A DNA stretch of 63,487 nt, filler included, from Stramenopiles sp. TOSAG23-2 (Eukaryota): NCBI GenBank assembly GCA_900128395.1. It is 20 parts of 20 records of this genome, joined end to end, with 100 filler letters (N's around TTAATTAATTAA, not from the genome) between each part and the next. Parts side by side here need not be neighbours in the genome. Positions count along the whole stretch, not along the records: positions 54,512 to 57,798 come from LT651279.1; positions 57,899 to 61,181 come from LT651280.1; positions 61,282 to 62,334 come from LT653887.1; positions 62,435 to 63,487 come from LT653888.1; 16 more parts are not named here. One strand, written 5' to 3'. Position 1 is the stretch's first letter. Each line of letters begins with the position of its first letter. A program made the translations under genes and the position numbers. The notes under the pieces are model-generated. The model was not told the origin of the DNA. It was given only the letters and a program-made list of their open reading frames with translations, and searched no databases. Positions 54,843 to 63,487 of this stretch are shown here, one piece after another.

Positions 54843-57008
54843 TTAATTTTGGCAATTGCCAGGCCACCTTGGAAATGGTATAACATCACGAATGTTTTGC
54901 ATACCAGTACAATATGCAACCATTCTTTCGAAACCCAAACCAAAACCGGCATGAGGAACAGAACCATACTTTCTCAAATCAAGGTAAAATGCATAATCTT
55001 TTGGATCTTGCCCTAAATCTTTAATTTTCTGTTCTAAAACATCAAAACGCTCTTCACGAACTGAGCCACCAATAATCTCACCAACACCAGGTACTAAAAT
55101 ATCCATGGCTTGAACCGTTTTTTTATCATCATTTAATCTCATGTAGAATGATTTGATACTAGCTGGGTAATCAGTGACTATCACAGGACCATCCGTTACT
55201 TTCTCACATAAATATCTTTCATGTTCTGAACGTAGATCAACACCCCATTCCAATGGTTCCTTTTTTTCAGCTTCTGGATCAAATTTGACTTTTCCACCTT
55301 TAACATGTTCAATTAACAAAGCGACTGCATCTGTATATGTGAAATGTGCAAATGATTTTTCCGCGACACGTTTTAAACGATCGATTAAACCCTTTTCAAT
55401 TTTCGAATCAAAAAATTCAAGATCAGCCATGCAGTTGTCAAGGACAAATTGTATGCAAAATCTTAAAAAATCTTCCGCAAGAGCCATATCATCTTTTAAA
55501 TCAGCAAATGCAATTTCTGGCTCGATCATCCAAAATTCTGCTAAATGGCGACTAGTATGACTATCTTCTGCGCGAAACGTTGGGCCAAATGTATATACAT
55601 CCGACATACAACAAGCAAAGCACTCAACATTCAATTGTCCAGATACACTTAAAAATTTAGGTCCTTTGAAAAAATCTTGCGAGTAATCAATTTTACCATC
55701 TTTTGTTCTTGGCACATCTTTCTCTAATAAAGTTGTTACACTAAACATTTCACCAGCACCTTCGCAATCAGAGCTTGTAATCAACGGGGTATGTATGTAT
55801 TTAAACCCACGAGATTGAAAGAAACTATGTGTTGCAAATGCACATGCATTACGAACACGTGTAACAGCAGCACCAACATTTGTTCTAGGCCTTAAATGCA
55901 AAAATCCACGCAAATGCTCCATACTATGGCCACGTTTTGCCATAGGGTAACTTGCACTGTCCATGTTACGACCATATACGAGTACGGAATCAGCAAGCAC
56001 TTCAACTGTTTGACCTTTACCTAAACTTTTCACAACTTTACCAACAATTTCTAAACATGCACCTGTGCCACCACATCCCTTTACATCATCCATACCTTTT
56101 GTCGCATCTTTGTCTAATACAATTTGTAGATCTTTTGCATATGAACCATCATTTAATTGTATGAAACGATTGGATCTGATTGATTTCACCCATCCAGCTA
56201 CAGTAATAGTTGAATCAATATATGCAACACCACCGTCCGCTGCGCCTAATAACTTATTAATCGTTAAGCGTTTGCGCTTCCAGTTATCACCACCTTTAAT
56301 TTTCGTAGTCGTAAGAGCACTACCACTAGCTGCTTCTTTTGGTGTTGGTTTCCTAACATTTGCTACCATCGCGCCACCTGCTGGAGCTTTTGCATCAACT
56401 TTACCAACTACCGATTGAAATGCAGGTTGATTGATACAAGTATTAAACCAACGAGTAACACTTTTAAATTGTGCACGATCCTCTTCCGTCATAACAAGTT
56501 TATATAAATTAACACACGCAGATGCCAAAGCAATATCAGCACAACTCAACAAATCACCGACTAAATAGGTATGGTCTTTTAAGTATGAGTTCAAACGCTC
56601 TAATGCTGATTTCACATCGACTTTGGCTTGCTCTAGTGCTTCTTTTGATGGGGAAAAATCAGCTACACCAAGCATTGGGTATGTCCATACACCAGCTGGT
56701 AATTCGAGTTCATTTAAACTAAAATCGATCCAACCATCAATTTGTGATTGCTCTGCTGGATTTGTACCATACATATTTGCTTGTGATTTGATGCGAGCGA
56801 CATATCGAACCATGGAGTTACTTTGCGATAAATATACATTATCTGCAACTTTCAAAACTGGCAATCTATCTGTACCAGCTGCCGCTGCAATTGCTTTCTT
56901 ATCAAAATCTTCCTCCAAAGTAATTTTTGCATTTGCATATTTTGCAGTAACAAGAACTTTCCATACATGCCAGTCTTGTTTTGAACCGTATAAAACAAGA
57001 GATGCCAT
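54843..57008 (-). CDS. asnS: Asparaginyl-tRNA synthetase with N-terminal EF1Bgamma-like GST domain
   Basis: ATG at 57008. GST-like KVLVTAKYA..LPVL..LSQSNSMVRYVAR..QIDGWIDFS..LNSYLKDHTYLVGD..ADI..VTRWFNTCINQPAF. OB fold [71 protein letters not shown]. Confidence 0.95.
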   Translation of the reverse strand: MASLVLYGSKQDWHVWKVLVTAKYANAKITLEEDFDKKAIAAAAGTDRLPVLKVADNVYLSQSNSMVRYVARIKSQANMYGTNPAEQSQIDGWIDFSLNELELPAGVWTYPMLGVADFSPSKEALEQAKVDVKSALERLNSYLKDHTYLVGDLLSCADIALASACVNLYKLVMTEEDRAQFKSVTRWFNTCINQPAFQSVVGKVDAKAPAGGAMVANVRKPTPKEAASGSALTTTKIKGGDNWKRKRLTINKLLGAADGGVAYIDSTITVAGWVKSIRSNRFIQLNDGSYAKDLQIVLDKDATKGMDDVKGCGGTGACLEIVGKVVKSLGKGQTVEVLADSVLVYGRNMDSASYPMAKRGHSMEHLRGFLHLRPRTNVGAAVTRVRNACAFATHSFFQSRGFKYIHTPLITSSDCEGAGEMFSVTTLLEKDVPRTKDGKIDYSQDFFKGPKFLSVSGQLNVECFACCMSDVYTFGPTFRAEDSHTSRHLAEFWMIEPEIAFADLKDDMALAEDFLRFCIQFVLDNCMADLEFFDSKIEKGLIDRLKRVAEKSFAHFTYTDAVALLIEHVKGGKVKFDPEAEKKEPLEWGVDLRSEHERYLCEKVTDGPVIVTDYPASIKSFYMRLNDDKKTVQAMDILVPGVGEIIGGSVREERFDVLEQKIKDLGQDPKDYAFYLDLRKYGSVPHAGFGLGFERMVAYCTGMQNIRDVIPFPRWPGNCQN

Positions 57009-58167
57009 AGTTATATAATATAATTGTTTTATTTTCTTTCTTCTTCCTTTTCTTTTTTTCAACGTATATAAAGTATGTTTGTATTATCTAGAAATGTTAT
57101 ATATATATATATGTGATATATATTGTTGTCTGTACGTACTGAGTATATTTATAAATTCTATTCTGGATCAGGTATCTTTTTAATAATTTTGTGGTTTTGT
57201 GGTCTATCTGGGTGTTGTCTGCACGTCGTCTCTCTGGTTACTACTCAGGACACCAGAGATTTTCCTTGATGCCAGTATTACCACCGTAGTATTAGTGTGT
57301 ATTAGACAAATAATTCTTCTTTGGTTTTGGAAAGAACCTTTCTTCTGGCGTGGTCCTCACCTCGTAATTATAAATAATTGTACTTAATAGTATATAAAAA
57401 TAGATACTATATATAATATATTTCTTTGTTGTAAATATTGTAAATCCACCCATCTTTTTTACGTAAACCAGGATAAAATATATTTTGTTTTAAATATTTA
57501 TAAAAAAAAGTAATTCTCTTATTTATTAGTTTAAAGATTTTATTTACCTCATAAATGTATGTATAACATATAATCGTAAGGACTACTAAATGTTGAATAC
57601 TATTTTGTTTTATTTTACATTGAAAGAAAATTTCTTATTTCCCTTTGGCATACGTTTTAACATTTTTTGCTTTAATTTGTTAGCTCAAGCTAAAGCTATT
57701 CTGTATTAGTACGATGGTAGTGTTAATGTTAAAAATTAAAAAGCGTTTAATTTAAGTACTAATTTAGTATACTAATATATGTATATTTGATAGAGAGANN
57801 NNNNNNNNNNNNNNNNNNNNNNNNNNNNNNNNNNNNNNNNNNTTAATTAATTAANNNNNNNNNNNNNNNNNNNNNNNNNNNNNNNNNNNNNNNNNNNNTG
57901 AACGTTAAAACGCTTGAAGCATAAAAACGGCCTCTAAAACGATAATAATAAATGAAATAAAATCGTGGTAAAAAAATTTCAAAAATCTGGTCAAAAATCT
58001 GGTCATTCCAGCTTTAAAAGTTTAAGGGCGATTGATTCAAGCTGGCCCAGCTGGCAAGGTTCTTTTATTTATATGGATACTACAATAGTTATTAGAAATT
58101 ATTAGAAACATAGAGCGAGAAAAGCAAGGGAACAGAACAATTTTATGGGAAGCAACGAACAACGACA

Positions 58168-60042
58168 ATGATGGTACCAATTGCCACTGCCATTTTCATA
58201 TTCCTTATAATAACGACGGTTGCGGTTGCCACTGCTGCAACCGACAACATAAGCCCCTTTCAAATTTGTACATGTGAAAGTGACGCTACTGCTGTACATT
58301 ATGCTTCTAGTAAATTATCAATCTGGCTGAAAAATTATTTATGCAATTCAATACAATTTAATCGTATAAATATATCATCAGTATCATCAATTCCAACATC
58401 TTGCCTTGCCGTCGGTCCATGTGCTTCTAAAGCAGTTCATTTTAACTTTCCATTGTTAACGGAAAGCCAAGAAGGAGATGGTGAAGAAACGTTTGCAATA
58501 GGTTTCCCATCAATAGAAACAACAACTTTTAATAATTATGCAATTACCGGCATTCCATCTTCAACCAAACAACGCGGAACAATTTACGCGGCTGTTTCGT
58601 TTATCGAAAATTTTGGTGTACGATTCTTAACATCAAATTTCACTTTGCCAGGAACGGAGTGTCCCAGTAAATGGTTAAACGCAAGTTCGAAAACTGTATT
58701 TAATATTGAAACATTGCCAGAATTATATCGGTTCAATCCACCCCTTGAATATCGACAAGTTTTACAATGGGATTTCAATGAACATTCAGATTTTGCAATG
58801 GCCGTCGGAATAAATTCACCAGGAAATAGTTTAGTCGGTGGAGGTGTCAATTATGCATCCCCACCAGGTTTTGTTCATACGAGTTCAAATCTTGTCAATC
58901 GATCTGCATTGTTTGCTACACACCCGGAGTGGTTTTGGCCAAGGGATAATCATTCAATCGGTCAATTGTGTTGGTCAAATGAATCTTTAGTGGAGTATGT
59001 TGTTAATCAAGTTATTACAATGTTAAAAAATCAACCTGATGCATCTGTTGTTAGCGTTTCTCAAAATGACAATTTTGATTATTGTAATTCAACTGCAGAG
59101 CAAGCAATTTACAAGGAGGAGGGTGGAGTTGGCATAGGACCGATATTAAGAGCAGTTAACAAAGTTGCCCTTGCTATTAAAGATAAATATCCAAATGTGA
59201 AAGTAGATACATTGGCATATCAATGGACGAGAGGAACGCCTTTAATAACAAAACCACTGGACAACGTTGTTATAAGATTATGCAGTATTGAATGTGATTT
59301 TGGTTCTAAATTATCTGATCCATCAAATGCAAAATTTCAAAAAGATATTGTTGATTGGAGTAAAATATCGGATCGGACGTGGATATGGAATTATGTCACT
59401 GATTTTGCAAATTACGTAATGCCATGGCCTGATTGGTACAACATTGACCCGAATACAAAGTTCTATTATAAACACAGTGGTAAAGGTGTCTTTCAGGAAA
59501 GTAGTTACCAAAGTTACGGGGGAGATATGGCCCCAGTAAAAGGTTATTTAATGGCAAAAACATTATTTAACCCAGACTTGGATGGACAAGCTATTATTGA
59601 TGAATTTTTACTTGGTTATTACGGCCCTGCTGCTGAACAATTTCAACAATATTTAAACCTATGGTCAAATCAAGTAAAAGATACAAATATGTACTTAGGG
59701 GAGAGTGTTCCATACACTTCGAAATATTTGTCTCCTCGTGCCATCGTAGAATCAGGTAATCTATTAAAAGAAGCTGAAAGTTTAGTCCGGGAGGCAAAGG
59801 ATGATGTGCGTTTATTACATGTACAGGAAGGTTCGTTATCAACTTTATATGTAGCACTTTTACGTTGGAAAAACATTCAAATGTATGCAAATGAAAACCC
59901 AAATATTCCATGGCCATTTGAAAAAACATTGGAATTGACATTTGATAAATTTTATACGATTTATAATGCTACTGATGTAACACATTTAAGTGAAAGTGGA
60001 AATGATATTGAATGGTTAAAAAAAGAATTAAATCTTGGTTGA
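58168..60042 (+). CDS. Secreted DUF4838-like protein (putative glycoside-hydrolase-like fold, bacterial-type)
   Basis: Signal peptide. RGTIYAA..FIENFGVRF, HPEWF, QLCWSN, VSVSQND..YC, VNKVA..YPNVKVDTLAYQWT, NVVIRLCSIECD, WIWNY, YLMAKTLFNP, FL.GYYGPAA. Confidence 0.8.
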   Translation: MMVPIATAIFIFLIITTVAVATAATDNISPFQICTCESDATAVHYASSKLSIWLKNYLCNSIQFNRINISSVSSIPTSCLAVGPCASKAVHFNFPLLTESQEGDGEETFAIGFPSIETTTFNNYAITGIPSSTKQRGTIYAAVSFIENFGVRFLTSNFTLPGTECPSKWLNASSKTVFNIETLPELYRFNPPLEYRQVLQWDFNEHSDFAMAVGINSPGNSLVGGGVNYASPPGFVHTSSNLVNRSALFATHPEWFWPRDNHSIGQLCWSNESLVEYVVNQVITMLKNQPDASVVSVSQNDNFDYCNSTAEQAIYKEEGGVGIGPILRAVNKVALAIKDKYPNVKVDTLAYQWTRGTPLITKPLDNVVIRLCSIECDFGSKLSDPSNAKFQKDIVDWSKISDRTWIWNYVTDFANYVMPWPDWYNIDPNTKFYYKHSGKGVFQESSYQSYGGDMAPVKGYLMAKTLFNPDLDGQAIIDEFLLGYYGPAAEQFQQYLNLWSNQVKDTNMYLGESVPYTSKYLSPRAIVESGNLLKEAESLVREAKDDVRLLHVQEGSLSTLYVALLRWKNIQMYANENPNIPWPFEKTLELTFDKFYTIYNATDVTHLSESGNDIEWLKKELNLG

Positions 60043-60575
60043 ATGTGTGTGGTGTGTGTGTTCGGTGTGAGAAAATCGAAAAAGCATTTTAAAGGGTGCG
60101 GAGGGAGGGAATGTGTTTGTGTGATAATTATATCCTGTAAAAAATTTAAAGTACCAACAAAACGTTTTTTCTATAAAAATTACGAAATATCTCGCTCTCT
60201 TTTTAACTTATCTATCTCATGTATGATACATACAAATTATATTTTTTAAAAATGCAACTGGGGTTTTAAAAAATTTAATTTTTTATCATATTTAAATACA
60301 CACACACACACACACACATTCTCTTTTACACACACACGTGTACGACATATTTAAAGTGGATGGACTTTTTTTAATTTCAGGTGCTTTTCAAGACACGTCC
60401 ATCTCTCTCACACACACACTTTTGCTTAAATAATTGTACATGAGATCTCAAAATATATTTATTTATCATATCTCCATCAGTTTGAGAAAAAATAATGTAT
60501 ACATGCATGTGTATATATATATATTACATAAAAATAATTTTTGCCAAATGTTTTTTTAAATTTTTTGTTGTATAT

Positions 60576-61076
60576 TTAGTTGAATGTTTTCTTGGTCATG
60601 ATAGCATAGAATTCTTCAAAATTAATTTCACCATCTTGATCATTATCTGCACGTTCAATCATTTCCAACAATTCAGCATCAGTCATGGTTTCCCCAAGTT
60701 CTTTTGCTACACGTTTCAAGTTACGCAATGAGATTTTTCCACTTTGGTCATCGTCGAATAAGTTGAATACTTTCATGATATCTTCACGGCTATCTTTGTC
60801 ACTCATTTTAGCAGTCATCATATCAAGGAATTCCTCGAAATCGATACTTCCTGAGCCATCTTTATCAATATCACCGATCATTTGGTAGATAGTTTGGTTC
60901 TTTGCTTCGAAACCCAAACTTTGCATAGCTGCTTTAAGTTCTTTTGGGTCGATTGTGCCGGAACCATCTGTATCGAATAAGTTGAAGGCTTCTCTGATTT
61001 CTTCTATCTCCTCTTCACTAAGTCCAGGTCTTTCAATGACCTTTCCACGACGTCCTGGTGATCCTCTGTTTCTTGA
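60576..61076 (-). CDS. CETN: Centrin (caltractin), main exon; first exon lies off-contig
   Basis: The frame extends upstream of the listed [63 protein letters not shown]. Four EF-hands, ending KKTFN. CAG acceptor at 61079-61077 and CTAAC branch near 61120. Confidence 0.93.
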   Translation of the reverse strand, partial: SRNRGSPGRRGKVIERPGLSEEEIEEIREAFNLFDTDGSGTIDPKELKAAMQSLGFEAKNQTIYQMIGDIDKDGSGSIDFEEFLDMMTAKMSDKDSREDIMKVFNLFDDDQSGKISLRNLKRVAKELGETMTDAELLEMIERADNDQDGEINFEEFYAIMTKKTFN

Positions 61077-62205
61077 CTGTAATATATGTATAATTACGAT
61101 ATAAATATATATATGTGTTAGTGTATGGTGATATAATATATAATATATATAAGCGGAGGATCTTTTTAGTTAGTAGACAATNNNNNNNNNNNNNNNNNNN
61201 NNNNNNNNNNNNNNNNNNNNNNNNNTTAATTAATTAANNNNNNNNNNNNNNNNNNNNNNNNNNNNNNNNNNNNNNNNNNNNTAATGATTTTTTTGAAATG
61301 GTTGTCACAAGCATAAAAATCAAATATCGAGTATTCACCATATGGTACAACATTTGAAGATTAAATCAATTATTTATTTAATAACAAAAGTATTGGATGT
61401 ATGATAGAATACCAAGTATATTCAATCACCAAAATTATAGAAAACTATGTTAGTTTAAGTTGAAAGAGCATCATAGGCAATCTATAATAAAATATATTAA
61501 CATGGTATAAAAGAAATAAAATAACGTATTACTTTTATTGTTAAAAATGTTAACAGAATTAACCTGTATTTATATTTATTATTATTAATACGTAAAATTC
61601 GCAACGTTACTAATGTATTATTTACGATACGAACGCCTCCATCTATTTTGCTTTGTACGTGCAATTAATGTAATCCTTTTTTTTCTTTTAACAATATGAT
61701 GTTTACCGTGTGTATTCTAAACTTTTTCTTTCTTTCATTCGTAACACTTGTATTTTCTTTCTTGTACTCTTATACAAATATCAAGTAAGCCGTGTATATA
61801 ATTAGTCGTAACAACTTTATTATTTGCAACTAAGATGATTGATACCATGTACATAGCAAGGCATAGCAGGGGAAATCAATAAAAGTCACTTTACCAAATT
61901 ATTCCAGAACAGCCACTTCCACCGTAAAAACCGATTCTCACATAACAAAAACAAAATATCCGCCTTTTGGATACCACCACTACGCATTATCATCATGCTA
62001 TAACGCACTTCCAGCCACACTAAAGTTGCATTTACACGAATAAAAATTTTTCACCAATATACCTTCTCGTGTAAATCAAACATCAAATTTTTCTTTTTGA
62101 TTGTCATTAAACCTTTTATTAGATTTATTGACGTTGGTGAGAATCCAGCGTGTAAATAGCAGCCACTAATTTTTTTCAGTACTATGTCTATGGTAAGACT
62201 GTATT

Positions 62206-62334
62206 AGGCCGTCACAGCACTATTTTGACCACTTTTTACCTCCTATTGCGGCCTAATTAGTGGCGACACACTCAATTAAGCCGTCACAGCACTATTTTGT
62301 CCACATTTTACCTGCTATTGCGGCCTAATTAGGA
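62206..62334. repeat. 72-bp tandem repeat running into the contig end
   Basis: GCCGTCACAGCACTATTTTG..CTATTGCGGCCTAATTAG at 62208 and 62280. Confidence 0.85.
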
Positions 62335-62436
62335 NNNNNNNNNNNNNNNNNNNNNNNNNNNNNNNNNNNNNNNNNNNNTTAATTAATTAANNNNNNNNNN
62401 NNNNNNNNNNNNNNNNNNNNNNNNNNNNNNNNNNAA

Positions 62437-63177
62437 GCTACAATTTATAAAAATGATTTACATTTTTTAAATGATGGAGCTTGGTTGAATGATCATATTA
62501 TATTATTTATGTATGAATATTTGAATTACAACGTAAAATATCAAGAAATTATTGACAAGATTTGTTTATGCCATCCAATGAATACGATGTTATTGCAATA
62601 TGGAGATATGGAAGATTTAAGCGATATATCAAATAGTTTAAAATTTTCAGAGAAAGAATATATATTTATCCCAGTTAATAATGCTTCATATGGAGAATTT
62701 TCTCAAAACGGGACACATTGGGCATTAATATTGGTTGATTTTCAATCGAAAACATTTTTAATATATGATTCCATGGGTAAAGGATCTTCTGCGACAAAAA
62801 ACTCTTTACAAACTATCAAAAATTTATCAAAATTAATAGATCCAAAGAATGAATTTTCTACAATAGAAGTAAATGTTCCAAGACAAAAAAATGGGTATGA
62901 TTGTGGTATGTATTGTATTTGCTTTTCAGAAATCATTTTGGATGCGTTGTTGTTGTTATTGTGTAGGAATTCAAAGAGTAATAGTGATAAAAATGAAGTT
63001 GATAATAATAATAATAATGCGGTGATGTATGATAGTAATAATTTGAGAAATACAAATGATTTAATGTACATAGATGAAATTTATTTAAAGACAAATTGCA
63101 CACCTCAACATATAACAATATCTAGAAAACGTTTCAGAAATTTAATTGACGAGTTACGAGGGAGAGGTGGGGATTAA
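62437..63177 (+). CDS. SENP8: SENP8/NEDP1-like deneddylase (Ulp1/C48 cysteine protease), 5'-partial
   Basis: DLHFLNDGAWLNDHII..YEYL, IFIPVNN, GTHWALI, YDS, QKNGYDCGMYC (His-Asp-Cys triad plus oxyanion Gln). Confidence 0.88.
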   Translation, partial: ATIYKNDLHFLNDGAWLNDHIILFMYEYLNYNVKYQEIIDKICLCHPMNTMLLQYGDMEDLSDISNSLKFSEKEYIFIPVNNASYGEFSQNGTHWALILVDFQSKTFLIYDSMGKGSSATKNSLQTIKNLSKLIDPKNEFSTIEVNVPRQKNGYDCGMYCICFSEIILDALLLLLCRNSKSNSDKNEVDNNNNNAVMYDSNNLRNTNDLMYIDEIYLKTNCTPQHITISRKRFRNLIDELRGRGGD

Positions 63178-63487
63178 AAAATGTAAGCCAGTAAGATTAT
63201 TGGCGTTTAAAATAACATTTTAGAAGAAAAATACTTCACAGTATGATATCTCGGTCAGTGTATTATTTAAAAAAGTTGTACGTATATATATTTAAAAGTA
63301 CACAATCAATATATTCGTACGAAGTGTACGAAAATATTTCACATACTACAACTATTTCTACTCCGTGGCATCGGCACTACATCTCTTATATTACCAATAC
63401 CGCTAACATACTGCAACAAACGTTCAAATCCCAATCCAAATCCAGCATGTGGAACACTTCCATATTTTCTTAAATCTAAATACCATT

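Noticed and set aside
57009-57062. N-terminal extension MKKRKGRRKK on AsnRS from the ORF track
   Set aside because: It starts at a TTG in a purine-rich 5' UTR. The ATG at 57008 matches the start of the GST-like domain.

Overview
This is not one contiguous locus. It is 20 unrelated contigs (18 of about 3.3 kb in descending size order, then two of 1,053 bp), joined by 19 artificial 100-nt linkers (N44-TTAATTAATTAA-N44), so adjacency across linkers has no biological meaning. The DNA is an AT-rich nuclear genome of a eukaryote using the standard code, with poly-Asn tracts, few GT-AG introns and CTAAC/CTAAT branch points. PLK4, DZIP1-like and centrin genes point to a flagellated protist; a stramenopile-like heterotroph from a single-cell or metagenome assembly is a guess. 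Recognisable genes: CUE-domain protein, serine beta-lactamase-family hydrolase, DED1/DDX3, GT47 glycosyltransferase, GrpE fragment, PLEKHD1-like, DZIP1-like, ELP3, TPR co-chaperone, PLK4, AsnRS, DUF4838-like protein, centrin and SENP8. The best candidate for an undescribed system is a TIR-based innate-immune toolkit. One TIR subfamily appears in two architectures: a putatively myristoylated pseudoTIR-TIR-NACHT (NLR-like) protein and a SAM-TIR-TPR protein, alongside a lipid-anchored LRR-ankyrin protein. Also notable: an EF1Bgamma-like GST domain fused to AsnRS, a tail-anchored ELP3, a 479-bp MITE, a TTAA-flanked dispersed repeat at several contig ends, and several bacterial-like genes. Several exact 88-123 bp tandem duplications inside genes, two of them frameshifting, are probably assembly artefacts. 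All family assignments come from motif recognition by eye; no searches were run.
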